Origin: Limisphaerales bacterium
Lineage (GTDB): Bacteria; Verrucomicrobiota; Verrucomicrobiia; Limisphaerales; AAA164-E04
Direction: 5' to 3'
Length of the DNA stretch: 64,000 nt
Assembly (NCBI GenBank): GCA_024761205.1
Contig: JAMASS010000014.1
Coordinates: 43,792-107,791, forward strand
A program made the position numbers and the translations under genes. The stretch's first letter is position 1, and every line of letters begins with the position of its first letter. Below the pieces are notes generated by a model, which saw only the letters and a program-made list of their open reading frames with translations, made no database searches and was not told the origin of the DNA. Shown here piece by piece: positions 1-9,428 of this stretch.

Positions 1-1
1 G

Positions 2-571
2 TTGCCAGAAGGGCAGGGGGGCGTCACGATCATGAATGCGCGTTGGCCCAAGGGGTTGGATCAAGATTTTCGAGATTGCTATGGTCTCGATGACTGCTAT
101 CTCGAGTTCGTCGATGCGAAGTACATGTTGGTTCGCGAAGGGAGAAACCTGCGAGCTGAGGCGGGCATTCCCTCGAACAAGAAAGTCCGCTTCGTGATGA
201 AAAACTCTCGGGATATCTTGGATCATGATGCCGACGTTCTCCGAATGCTCCTCAATGCAGAGTCGCTCGAGTTCAACCCTGAGTTCGAGGCACCGCAAGG
301 GACTCCGAACGTTCATTCCGAGCTCGGGGATCTATTCCTGCCGCTTGAAGGCCTCGTCGATTTCGAAGCCGAAGTGGCCCGCCTCACTAAAGAGGTGGAA
401 AAGATTCAGAAAGAGATCGACAAGGCAGAGGCCAAACTCGGGAATCCTAATTTCGCCGACAAAGCACCCGCCAAAGTCGTTGAAGAGCACCGCAAGCGGT
501 TACAAGAATGGACTGAGAGACTGGCCCATACCGAAAAGAATCTGGTGGCGGCTCAAGCCGCTCTGAATTGA
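2..571 (+). CDS. valS: valine--tRNA ligase, C-terminal fragment (gene begins upstream of window)
   Basis: The ORF is open to the window edge. It has a C-terminal coiled-coil arm with LGNPNFADKAPAKVVEEHRKRL, typical of the ValRS C-terminus. Confidence 0.8.
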   Translation: MPEGQGGVTIMNARWPKGLDQDFRDCYGLDDCYLEFVDAKYMLVREGRNLRAEAGIPSNKKVRFVMKNSRDILDHDADVLRMLLNAESLEFNPEFEAPQGTPNVHSELGDLFLPLEGLVDFEAEVARLTKEVEKIQKEIDKAEAKLGNPNFADKAPAKVVEEHRKRLQEWTERLAHTEKNLVAAQAALN

Positions 572-651
572 ACTTTCAACACAAAATCGTTGACGAAATA
601 CAACCATAACCGGAACGCCAACGGCTAGGCCATTGGCGATCAGATTACCTC

Positions 652-2061
652 ATGGATGCAGCAACCCTCGACACTTCACAAAAAGCCTTCCAGCTGAATC
701 TGGACAATGCCGTCTACGGCACGCTCGCAGAAATCGGGGCCGGACAGGAGGTCGCCCGATGGTTCTTCCGAGTCGGGGGCGCTTCCGGCAGCATCGCCAA
801 AACCATGTCGGCCTACGATATGCAGTTTAGCGACGCGATCTACGGCTCGGCCAAACGGTATGTCAGCCGGGAACGCCTCACCACAATGCTCAATCACGAG
901 TTCAAGCTGTTAATCGAACGCCTGGATGAGAAACGGGGCGCGACATCCCGATTTTTCGCCTTTGCCAACACCGTCGCCGCCAAGAGTTTTCGACGAACGT
1001 CGGACGCTCACGGCTGGATGGGTGTCCGGTTTCAACATGAATCTAGGGCAGAACCCTCCCAGATCATTATCCACACGCGCCTCCTGGACCCGGAAAATCT
1101 ACAGCAGCAGGATGCTCTCGGCGTTGTCGGAGTCAATCTGATCTTCGGTGCGGCAAAACTCTTCCACAAACCCGATGCGTTCATTCGCTCCCTGTTTGAC
1201 TGTTTGACGAGCAAACGAGTCGAGATCGACATGATCAAGCTGATCGGCCCGGCCTTTAATGGAATCGACAACCGATTAATGGCACTGAAACTCGTCGAGT
1301 TTGGACTGACCCAAGCCGCCATGTTCACTGCCAACGGAGAAGTCGTTCAACCGGTGGAAGTCCTCTACAAAAGGCCGATCCTGCTAGAACGTGGTTCGTT
1401 TCGACCACCATCGAAAATGCATCTGGATATGTTGGAATGCGGCAAGGCTCACTTTATCCAAGAACCGCAAAACGAAGGCCTTGAGCCCCTCGTCTTATTC
1501 GAGATGAATATGAAACAACTCAAAAAAACAGTCGGCGTCGACTCACATGACTTTCTGGATCAAGCCGACATTCTGGCGTCCCTTGGGCATCCGGTGCTAA
1601 TTTCCAATTATTTCCGCTACTACCGTCTTGCCAACTACCTTTTCCGCTACACCGATAAGATGGTGGGCTTAGTGCTGGGATTACCAAATCTCCAAGAGCT
1701 CCTTGAAGAGAAATACTACACAGATCTTTCGGGAGGGATTCTTGAATCGTTCGGACGTATGTTTAAGAACGACCTGAAGGTCTACGTCTATCCCTCCCGT
1801 CATCGTCAGTCCGGTAGTATCATTAGCGCCGAGAACCTTCAGGTTGCCTCCCACTTGCGCCACCTCTACGCTCACCTCTACGAAAATCACCGAATCCAAT
1901 GCTTGCGTGGCTTCAACGAGGCATGCCTTGCCATCGACCAACAGGCAATTAACGCTGGAATTCGAGCAGACAGCGGTGATTGGGAAGACTCCGTGCCCCC
2001 TGACATTGTGCAGCACATCAAAGCACACGGCTCCTTCGGATTCAGGACGGAATCCAAGTAA
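652..2061 (+). CDS. conserved hypothetical protein (469 aa), function unknown
   Basis: Long clean ORF with protein-like composition. The N-terminal motif AEIGAGQEVARWFF..SGSIAKTMSAYDM resembles a widespread uncharacterised family that I cannot name with certainty. Confidence 0.7.
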   Translation: MDAATLDTSQKAFQLNLDNAVYGTLAEIGAGQEVARWFFRVGGASGSIAKTMSAYDMQFSDAIYGSAKRYVSRERLTTMLNHEFKLLIERLDEKRGATSRFFAFANTVAAKSFRRTSDAHGWMGVRFQHESRAEPSQIIIHTRLLDPENLQQQDALGVVGVNLIFGAAKLFHKPDAFIRSLFDCLTSKRVEIDMIKLIGPAFNGIDNRLMALKLVEFGLTQAAMFTANGEVVQPVEVLYKRPILLERGSFRPPSKMHLDMLECGKAHFIQEPQNEGLEPLVLFEMNMKQLKKTVGVDSHDFLDQADILASLGHPVLISNYFRYYRLANYLFRYTDKMVGLVLGLPNLQELLEEKYYTDLSGGILESFGRMFKNDLKVYVYPSRHRQSGSIISAENLQVASHLRHLYAHLYENHRIQCLRGFNEACLAIDQQAINAGIRADSGDWEDSVPPDIVQHIKAHGSFGFRTESK

Positions 2062-2099
2062 ATGGCGGGCGTATTCGCCCCCGAGCAAAGCACATACCT

Positions 2100-3051
2100 A
2101 CCCCATCAACCATCACTGGCAGATCGCTCCCCACCTTCAACCCATAGCTTGGCTCATCCTCCGAGACATCTGCCTGCTGATTCTGCTCGTGATCGGACTC
2201 GGGGTTCTTAGACCAACGCTTCAAGCTGGATCTCGAGCCACTGGTTAAACTCACCATCTACCTTTTTGTGTCCGCTTTCATCCTCGTTCGCACCACAGAA
2301 TCAGAGTTGGCATCGAGTTTGAAAATTCGTACCGCCGGCTTCACGACCGCGATAATTCTCTTGTGAGCCTCATCATCTTCGCCCCTCCGCCGCGCTACTC
2401 TCCGAGCCATCAGCAAACACTGCTCCTGACCAGCATGTTCCGCAACCGCGGCAATTTCAGCATCCCGTTGACCACACTTGCCTTCCCGTCCCTTGATCTT
2501 GGCATTCAAGTATTCGTAATCATGGCCATGAATGCGGCCACGTTCTCTCTCAGGTTTGATGCTGGCCACCGCAAAATCCCTGCGACAAAGGACGCCCATT
2601 GAAGATCAACCTTACCCCCGGTATCCAAACAGCCGTCGCTCTACACGATTCTGATCAAAACCTTTTCCGGACCGGTCGAGGATCTTGTCTTCGTTTAGTC
2701 ACCCACCCAGTTTCTCATCGACGCCTTGGTAGGAATTGCCCTAGTGCCCCAGGGAGTCCCACTCAGCCAAACAAAACATATCAGGGTTCCAAGCCCCTCA
2801 TTTGGGAGCTGTCCATCCGCTTGATCGGCGGACCCAGTTGCGCCATGCTCCCGAGAATCGCCGTCGGCTTCGGACTTGCCATCGCGGATCGTCCTGATCC
2901 TAGGCGCTGCTGCGCCAACGGCTGTGAACGCAACGCTCCAGCCCATGAGTTTGATGCGGACAGCCAAACAGCGGCTGCAGCGGTATTTTACTCGCCCCTC
3001 TCCAGCTTTATTCCCGTCACCTTGATTCTCCTTTTGATCCGACTCAACTAG
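2100..3051 (+). pseudogene. AEC (auxin efflux carrier) family transporter, frameshifted pseudogene
   Basis: AEC-like segments are spread over three frames: LVKLTIYLFVSAFIL, MFRNRGNFSIPLTTLAF..QVFVIMAMNAATFSL, and the C-terminal AAPTAVNATLQ..FDADSQTAAAAVFYSPLSSFIPVTLILLL. At least one in-frame TAG is present. Confidence 0.6.
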
Positions 3052-3081
3052 CTACCCTAGACGATTACGAGCCGGGGCCGC

Positions 3082-4476
3082 TCATCCATCCGGTGTCGAC
3101 GAGATCGGCCAATCATCGGACTCCGTTCGAGCGCGGCTCAAATAGCGCTCCAATCGCCTCACGGTCCGCCGATATCGGCCCGACACATCCGTTGTTTCAC
3201 CGGGATCACGTCTCAGATGGAACAACTGGAGCGGCTGTCCTTGCCCCAATCGAACACCCTTCCAATCCCCCTTCCGAATCGCCTGAGCGAAGCCACTCTC
3301 ACCGTGGGATTCCCAATAGAGATAGGGATGCCGGGGCTGCCGTCGTCTCAAGAGCTCCGGCATCAGCGATATCCCATCAATCTGACCAAACTCTTTGATC
3401 CCCATCAGATTAGCTGCCGTCGGGAACAAATCCCAAGCCGCACAAATGTGTTCACTAGTCGCACCTGCTTTCACGTAACCCGGCCAGCGCGCCAATAGCG
3501 GTACCCGAATGCCCCCCTCGAAAAGATCTCCTTTATGCCCTCTCAATCCATCAGTCGAATCAAAGAACTTTGGATTGATCCCCTCATCCGCATGGGGTCC
3601 ATTGTCGCTAGTAAAGAAAACAATGGTTTTCTCATCCAACTGATAGTGCTTCAAGGTATCGAGAATTCGCCCCACAGAACGGTCAAGCCGATAGATCATC
3701 GCAGCCAATGTCTTTTGAGGTTTGGGCCAGTGCTTGGACTGATACGGTTTGTCTGTCGGCGACTGAAGCGGTGAGTGGGGCAGGGTGAATGCCACGTAAA
3801 GAAAAAATGGATGGCGTCGATTCTGCGCAACAAAATTAGTGGCTGCTTGAGTAAACAAATACGGTGCGTACTTGGCCTGCTTCCCATAGCTGTTCTCCGG
3901 CCAAAAAATATTGGTTTGATTTCGCCAGAGTGTCACTGGGTAGTGATTGGTTACGCTGCCGTCGTCAAGATAGCCGAACCATACATCAAATCCCTGGACG
4001 GTGGGAATACCGCTCGATCCCGGCCCCCCTAGGCCCCATTTTCCAATCGCTCCAGTGCGATATTCTGCCTGTTTCGCTAATTCTCCGAGCGTGGTATCCA
4101 TTGAGGCGAGGGCGGATTTCCCCTTTCCGCGAATCCGCGAATGACCGGTGTGAAGTCCCGTCAACAAACTACCGCGCGATGCCGTCCCGACACTGCTTCC
4201 TGCATAGAATTGAGAAAATCGCATACCCTCGGCAGCAAACTGATCCAGTCGCGGCGTTCGGAAATGCTGCTGACCATAGGCTCCTATATCTCCATAACCC
4301 AGATCATCGGCAACAATCACGATCACATTAGGAGCTTGAATCGGCTCCTTAAAAGCCGCCTCGGACACGGTGGCGCCCAAAGCGAACGCCACGGTAAGCA
4401 CTCGCCACACAGCCACCGCCGGCAACGTCCGGGGCCATCCCCAACCGCGCCTCCCCACTTGTTCCATACTGACCAT
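3082..4476 (-). CDS. sulfatase-family (alkaline-phosphatase superfamily) protein lacking the formylglycine Cys/Ser
   Basis: N-terminal signal-like region, then NVIVIVADDLGYGDIGAYG, GKWGLG, FTSDNGP and GHKGDLFEGGIRVP, all typical of arylsulfatases. The position of the C/S-x-P-x-R motif reads V-G-T-A-S-R-G-S-LLTG, with a GGG codon at 4186-4188. Confidence 0.85.
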   Translation of the reverse strand: MVSMEQVGRRGWGWPRTLPAVAVWRVLTVAFALGATVSEAAFKEPIQAPNVIVIVADDLGYGDIGAYGQQHFRTPRLDQFAAEGMRFSQFYAGSSVGTASRGSLLTGLHTGHSRIRGKGKSALASMDTTLGELAKQAEYRTGAIGKWGLGGPGSSGIPTVQGFDVWFGYLDDGSVTNHYPVTLWRNQTNIFWPENSYGKQAKYAPYLFTQAATNFVAQNRRHPFFLYVAFTLPHSPLQSPTDKPYQSKHWPKPQKTLAAMIYRLDRSVGRILDTLKHYQLDEKTIVFFTSDNGPHADEGINPKFFDSTDGLRGHKGDLFEGGIRVPLLARWPGYVKAGATSEHICAAWDLFPTAANLMGIKEFGQIDGISLMPELLRRRQPRHPYLYWESHGESGFAQAIRKGDWKGVRLGQGQPLQLFHLRRDPGETTDVSGRYRRTVRRLERYLSRARTESDDWPISSTPDG

Positions 4477-4501
4477 CCCTACCGCTTCCCCAAAGCCCGG
4501 C

Positions 4502-5074
4502 CTAATGCAACACGGCCCGTGGATTTGGCGTTTTCACAAGCTCGGCGTCCAAGTCCAAATAGTAGTCTAACCGTCGATCAGTCTCCCGCTCATCAATCTG
4601 TCGCGCCATTAGGAGATAAACCGAATAGTGATTTCCCTCGGCCTCCACCAAGCTGCCATAAAACTCAGCGAGCTCGAGGTCGGATTCCCGAAAACCCTCC
4701 GCCAAGAATTGGAACTTTTCGCAACTCCGCCCCTCGATCAGGGAACAACATAACAAGTGGTCGATGACCTGCTCCTGTCGTCCCGAGCGGATAGACCGCA
4801 TCATCCCGGATATCCACGGACTCGGCAATGCCGGCCCGAAAGGAATCTTTCGGCGGCGCAAGAGATTCATCACCAATTGAAAGTGCTCTAACTCTTCAAT
4901 AGCGATCGCGTTCAATTCCTCGACCCGATCATAGAGGTCTCGATAACGCTCTAGCGTGAGTGCGGTCGTTGCGGCTCGGCGTTCGAGATGGGCATGATCC
5001 AACAACACCGAGGCGATGTTGGACCGCACTTTGTCAAACCAATCCGGCGATACCTTCGCCCGAAATAACAACAT
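4502..5074 (-). CDS. miaE: tRNA-(ms2io6A)-hydroxylase MiaE-like diiron protein
   Basis: Ferritin-like pattern LLDHAHLERRAA..EELEHF..SLIEGRSCEKF..EAEGNHY matches the MiaE family. The ORF is open to 5317, but homology starts near Met82 (ATG at 5074), so the shorter start is preferred. Confidence 0.7.
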   Translation of the reverse strand: MLLFRAKVSPDWFDKVRSNIASVLLDHAHLERRAATTALTLERYRDLYDRVEELNAIAIEELEHFQLVMNLLRRRKIPFGPALPSPWISGMMRSIRSGRQEQVIDHLLCCSLIEGRSCEKFQFLAEGFRESDLELAEFYGSLVEAEGNHYSVYLLMARQIDERETDRRLDYYLDLDAELVKTPNPRAVLH

Positions 5075-5375
5075 CCTTCTGAAATAGCCCGCCAATTCAA
5101 ACACGCAAGCCAAACCGACCGTGAATTGAGTGATCCAATCCAAAAGTAGGGACGAGAGGCCTCTCAAACCGCCGTCCTCCACAGCATAGCAAAGGAGGAT
5201 GGAAGTCCGTTGCTTTGCCCTTCGGTCTCCGTATCCCGGTGACTCCTTCCATAAGATTCTGGCTAAAGCGGCTCGGCCGTCTCGCTCCACCTCACCCTCA
5301 TCATCGCACTCTACCAAACCGCCCTCCTCCCAAAGTCATTGCGCAAAACTCGGAATCCTTGTAAGTCTCTGAAAC

Positions 5376-5705
5376 ATGTTTCCGCACGCAAGCTCAGTTG
5401 ACCAAGTCAAATGGCAGCCAGGACCCTACGAGGGCGTTGATCTCAAGGTCCTGCACAAAAACCAAACCACAAAGGGAGTTACAGTCCTGCGCCGGTTCCA
5501 GCTGGGAGCAACCATTCCCGCCCACGTCCATCACGAGGCAAACGAGACCGCCTACATTCTCTCGGGCGAATGGGAGGAATCCGGCGAACTCTATTCCGAA
5601 GGCACGTGTTTCTTTGCCCCCAAAGGTATCCGGCACGGTCCCCACCACGCTCGTACCGAAGTCATCAGTCTCACCATTTTTGATGGACCATTGACCGTGG
5701 ACTGA
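5376..5705 (+). CDS. cupin domain protein
   Basis: 109 aa with G..IPAHVHHEANETAYILSGEWE...GIRHGP, which is cupin motif spacing. Confidence 0.65.
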   Translation: MFPHASSVDQVKWQPGPYEGVDLKVLHKNQTTKGVTVLRRFQLGATIPAHVHHEANETAYILSGEWEESGELYSEGTCFFAPKGIRHGPHHARTEVISLTIFDGPLTVD

Positions 5706-5811
5706 TTACCCACCGCACCCTGCATCGACAATAACTGTTGCCAACCCATTCCGTCTTGTCACAGAACTATAACAGAGCGGATGTTTAGCTTGTAGAACGC
5801 GTTAAGTAGGC

Positions 5812-6708
5812 ATGGCAAACACTTTTCTTGCAGCCGTCTTGCGGTGGAAATTAGTTATTTCTGTGACCGTGCTGCTCACAGCCTTGCTCTCGCCAAACGC
5901 CCTCAGCCAAAGGTTGGGGCCCGAACCAGGTCCAGGAAGGGGTCTTGGACGCAACCGGTTGATCTCGGAACGGGGTCCGGCTTCCCGCGAAGGTGTTCCC
6001 GAATGGGAAGTCATGGAAAAGTTCCGACGGGATGTGTTCACCTTTGTTCGCGTCATCTATACCTCTCGACGAGGGGGCGGATGGCGAGTGGACCACCCCG
6101 CAGCCGATCTCAATTTTTCATACCGGCTGGAAGAACTCACCTCCATGAAGGTCGATCCCGACGGTGAAACGTTGAGGCTTTTGGATGACCGACTCTTCGA
6201 TTACCCGTTCATTTTTATGATCGATCCGCGGAGTTTGCACATTTCAAGGGGCGAGGCAGAAGTCCTTCGCACCTATCTTCTGAATGGCGGATTTCTCATG
6301 GTCGACGACTTCTGGGGCGAAAACATGATGGAACATTTTCTCGGCGAAATGGAAAAGGTGTTTCCCGACAGGAAGCCGGTGACCCTTCCGCTTTCACATC
6401 CGATCTTCAGTTGCGTTTTTCCGCTGGAGAAATTCCCCCAAGTTCCGAGCGAAGACTCGGCTCATCGGAATAAGGGCACCGCTGTTGAGTCTTGGGAGGA
6501 CGAAATCTATTGGGAGATGCCTCAACCCGCCGACTATCAAGCCATCGTTGATGACAAAGGACGGATCATGGTCCTCATGTGCCACAACACCGATCTCAGT
6601 GATGGGTGGGAAGAGGAAGGAATCAGCCAATGGTTCTTCTCCGCCTACTCGGAGAAGTATTCCTACCCTATGGGTATCAACATTGTCTACTACGCGCTAA
6701 CGCACTAA
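5812..6708 (+). CDS. DUF4159 domain-containing protein
   Basis: N-terminal hydrophobic helix, then FTFVRVIY..WRVDHPAADLNF..DYPFIFMIDP..LRTYLLNGGFLMVDDFWG, characteristic of DUF4159. Confidence 0.75.
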   Translation: MANTFLAAVLRWKLVISVTVLLTALLSPNALSQRLGPEPGPGRGLGRNRLISERGPASREGVPEWEVMEKFRRDVFTFVRVIYTSRRGGGWRVDHPAADLNFSYRLEELTSMKVDPDGETLRLLDDRLFDYPFIFMIDPRSLHISRGEAEVLRTYLLNGGFLMVDDFWGENMMEHFLGEMEKVFPDRKPVTLPLSHPIFSCVFPLEKFPQVPSEDSAHRNKGTAVESWEDEIYWEMPQPADYQAIVDDKGRIMVLMCHNTDLSDGWEEEGISQWFFSAYSEKYSYPMGINIVYYALTH

Positions 6709-6730
6709 ATAAGCATGCCCCGAAGATCCC

Positions 6731-7176
6731 TCAGATGTGCGAGGAATCCTCTTCGTCCTTCACCGAGTAGCCGAAACTCCTGCCGCTTGAAATTGACCTC
6801 GTTTTCTTCACGTAGGCCGCAAACACATCGTTAGCACTCATCCCGAGCACCTGAGTCAAGCTGATCAGAAATAGAATAAGTCGACCACTTCGCCCCGAGC
6901 ATTCTACTCGTCAAATTTCTGATACTTCGCCCACCATTTCCATGGCACACTATCCGTTAGTTCGGCGATTTCCTATGACATGGCACGGCAATAGTTCAAC
7001 ACCCATTCCGCTTTGACCTCATCCAAGAGCCCATCAAGCTAGACTCCGATATGTTCATTGAGAACCCTCTGCATGCGGAACCGTTCGCGCAATTGATCGG
7101 CGTTTTCCATTTCCAGAGTCTGTGCCGGGCCACCGAGCAAATTCAACCTTCGACGGTTAGGAGGCCTAAGAAACAT
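6731..7176 (-). pseudogene. dimeric dUTPase (dUTPase_2 / MazG-like) pseudogene
   Basis: The minus-strand translation gives EIAELTDSVPWKWWAKYQKFDE*NARGEVVDLFYF then, after a frameshift, LISLTQVLGMSANDVFAAYVKK. Three in-frame TAG codons plus at least 2 frameshifts are present. Confidence 0.6.
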
Positions 7177-7230
7177 TCCCGATGAAGGGGAGACTTGCGA
7201 GACCTTTGGGCCATGCTCTATAAATAGCCC

Positions 7231-7854
7231 ATGTTATTGCCCAAACTCATTGCACTCGGCGGTCCCGTCATGTGGATACTCCTGATCACCAGTGCCATGG
7301 CGATTGCAGCATTTATTGAACGTCTTCTTCACTATCACCGCGCCCAAATCAACTCGATGGAGTTTGTCGAAGGCATACGGAATGTCCTCCGTAAATCCAA
7401 TGTCGTTGAAGCGATTTCCATCTGTGACGCCACCCCCGGACCCGTGGCTCGGCTAGTTAAAGCAGCCATCCTCAGCCGCGATTCCGGTCGGGAGGGAATT
7501 CGTGAAGCCTTGGAAGAAGCCGGCCTAATAGAGGTTCCGCGTCTGGAAGAGAAACTCAACCTGCTGGCTACCATCGCTCAAATCGCACCACTCATCGGTT
7601 TATTCGGCACGACTTTGGGCATGATCGATACGTTCGGCGTGGTTTCCCAAGATGGTCTGTACTCCGGCGTGGCCGACTTGGCTGGCGGGGTTTGGCAGGC
7701 CCTGATTTGCACCGCCGCCGGCCTTGGCATCGCAATCCCGAGTTACGCTGCCTACAATTACTTGGTAAGCCGCGTCAACTCGATCGTCCTGGACATGGAA
7801 AAGGCGTCCACGGAAATCGTCAACATCGTCTCCGAAGCCGCGAATTCGAACTGA
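7231..7854 (+). CDS. exbB: MotA/TolQ/ExbB proton-channel family protein
   Basis: 207 aa with three TM segments and LATIAQIAPLIGLFGTTLGMI, typical of ExbB/TolQ. Confidence 0.85.
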   Translation: MLLPKLIALGGPVMWILLITSAMAIAAFIERLLHYHRAQINSMEFVEGIRNVLRKSNVVEAISICDATPGPVARLVKAAILSRDSGREGIREALEEAGLIEVPRLEEKLNLLATIAQIAPLIGLFGTTLGMIDTFGVVSQDGLYSGVADLAGGVWQALICTAAGLGIAIPSYAAYNYLVSRVNSIVLDMEKASTEIVNIVSEAANSN

Positions 7855-7855
7855 G

Positions 7856-8305
7856 ATGAAGTTCTCCCTCAATGCCAAGATCTTTCGGGGTCAGCTGGAT
7901 GTCGCTCCCTTCGCGTCGGTGTTTTTCCTCCTCGCCATCTTCATGATCTTCAGTTCCCTGTTGATCTCGTCCCCAAGCGTCAAGATCCAACTCCCAGCCA
8001 TTGAAGGTAATGAAATTGTTCGGGCCAATCTGCCTAAGCTCGACATTGCTGTCGATGCCGATGGCAGAATCTATTTCGAGAGTCAGCTGGTCGCTCTAGA
8101 TGCCCTCCATCGGAGACTAGAGATCGCGGTGGCGCGGTTCCGCAAAAAGCCATCGTTAGTGTTGCACGCAGACAAAGATGCGGACCTGGAAAAGGTACTC
8201 CAAATTTGCCAAACCGCCGTCACCGTCGGCATCACCGAAACCATTTGGACCGCCAGACAAGCACCATTTAAGACGGCCGAACCATCGCCTCTCGAAACTA
8301 AATGA
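7856..8305 (+). CDS. exbD: ExbD/TolR biopolymer transport protein
   Basis: 149 aa with a single N-terminal TM and an ExbD-like periplasmic domain (LDIAVDADGRIYF...VLHADKDADLEKVLQI). It starts 2 nt after the exbB stop. Confidence 0.8.
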   Translation: MKFSLNAKIFRGQLDVAPFASVFFLLAIFMIFSSLLISSPSVKIQLPAIEGNEIVRANLPKLDIAVDADGRIYFESQLVALDALHRRLEIAVARFRKKPSLVLHADKDADLEKVLQICQTAVTVGITETIWTARQAPFKTAEPSPLETK

Positions 8306-9117
8306 CCTCGCCAACCGATCCTGCTCCCTGGACGCTCACGCGGTGGTTCACCATGATCATGCTGGTGTTCGGCATTCAAGGAATTCTGGTCTTTCTCTTC
8401 TCTCCCCGAACATTGCCTCCGGCATCCAAGGAACCGTTGGACGTCAGCATCCGTTACATCAGCCGAGAGCTGTGGCAGACGAACTCGACCGCCCGGACAT
8501 TGGCGCGAGATCCCTCGCTTCTGGCCCGAGTAAACCGTCAAACCTTTTCCGGGAACCTTTGGGACGAAACTCTCGCCCTCGAACATAAATCCTTCTATTG
8601 GACAGAAGCCCCGAGGTATTACCACCGCACCCAAGTCATCGCCGGAGCCACCCTGAGAAATCACGTTCGAGAGCATTTTTCCGTTCCCGCCTCAGTGGTC
8701 TCCCTTCCGGCACCAGTGCTTTCCGATGCCGAACTGCCTCTCACTCCGCCAAAGCCCCGGTCGACGATTCTCGTGGCTGGCGACATCCGTTCGCGTTTAC
8801 CCGGTGAACTGCCCTCGCTCCGATCATGGCCCCACACCAATCTCCTCCATCCTACCGTGGTAGCTGTGGCCGTTGATCGATTCGGTTGGGCTCAGACCGC
8901 CACCATCTTATCCAATAGCCTGCCAGCTAAGCAACTGGCGCCAACCCGTCTAACCGAAGCGGACGATTACGCCCTCCGTTGGATCCGCAACCTTCAGTTT
9001 ACGCCGCTGCCGCCAACTCGCCGAGCGGTGGATACAAGGTTGACCTGGGGAGAGATCACTTTCCGTTGGGCGACTAGCCCCTTGACCAACCAAATCTCCG
9101 CCGCCAACTCGTCGTGA
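8302..9117 (+). CDS. TonB-C-like membrane-anchored protein (atypical, no Pro-rich spacer)
   Basis: Has a 4-nt overlap with exbD. N-terminal TM (WFTMIMLVFGIQGILVFLF). The C-terminal ~80 aa (TVVAVAVDRFGWAQTATIL...ADDYALRWIRNLQFTPLP) resembles the TonB C-terminal fold pattern. Confidence 0.55.
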   Translation: MTSPTDPAPWTLTRWFTMIMLVFGIQGILVFLFSPRTLPPASKEPLDVSIRYISRELWQTNSTARTLARDPSLLARVNRQTFSGNLWDETLALEHKSFYWTEAPRYYHRTQVIAGATLRNHVREHFSVPASVVSLPAPVLSDAELPLTPPKPRSTILVAGDIRSRLPGELPSLRSWPHTNLLHPTVVAVAVDRFGWAQTATILSNSLPAKQLAPTRLTEADDYALRWIRNLQFTPLPPTRRAVDTRLTWGEITFRWATSPLTNQISAANSS

Positions 9118-9344
9118 CCTTCACCCTAAGCAAGCTTTTATTCTGCTATGTCGCTTCTTTACTTGCTGGCTTGGTGTTCGCCAGCCTATATTCCGAATTA
9201 CAACGGAGACGCTTCGAGCCACCGCGGAGTAATGATAACGTTTTTCGCTGCGAAAACTGTGCATACGTCTACACCGACGACCCCAACGTAGAACGCTCTC
9301 GATGCCCGCATTGCAGCGCCATGAATGCCAAGTTTAATTTCTGA
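9114..9344 (+). CDS. small membrane-anchored zinc-ribbon protein
   Basis: Has a 4-nt overlap (GTGA) with the upstream gene. One TM helix, then C-x2-C ... C-x2-C (FRCENCAYVY..SRCPHCSAM). Confidence 0.5.
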   Translation: MTFTLSKLLFCYVASLLAGLVFASLYSELQRRRFEPPRSNDNVFRCENCAYVYTDDPNVERSRCPHCSAMNAKFNF

Positions 9345-9428
9345 AGCACCGTGAGAATCCGATCAAGCCGTCGAACAAGCGAGCCATGATCAACCTAGAA
9401 AGTCGACTACACCGAAAGCATTAAGCCT

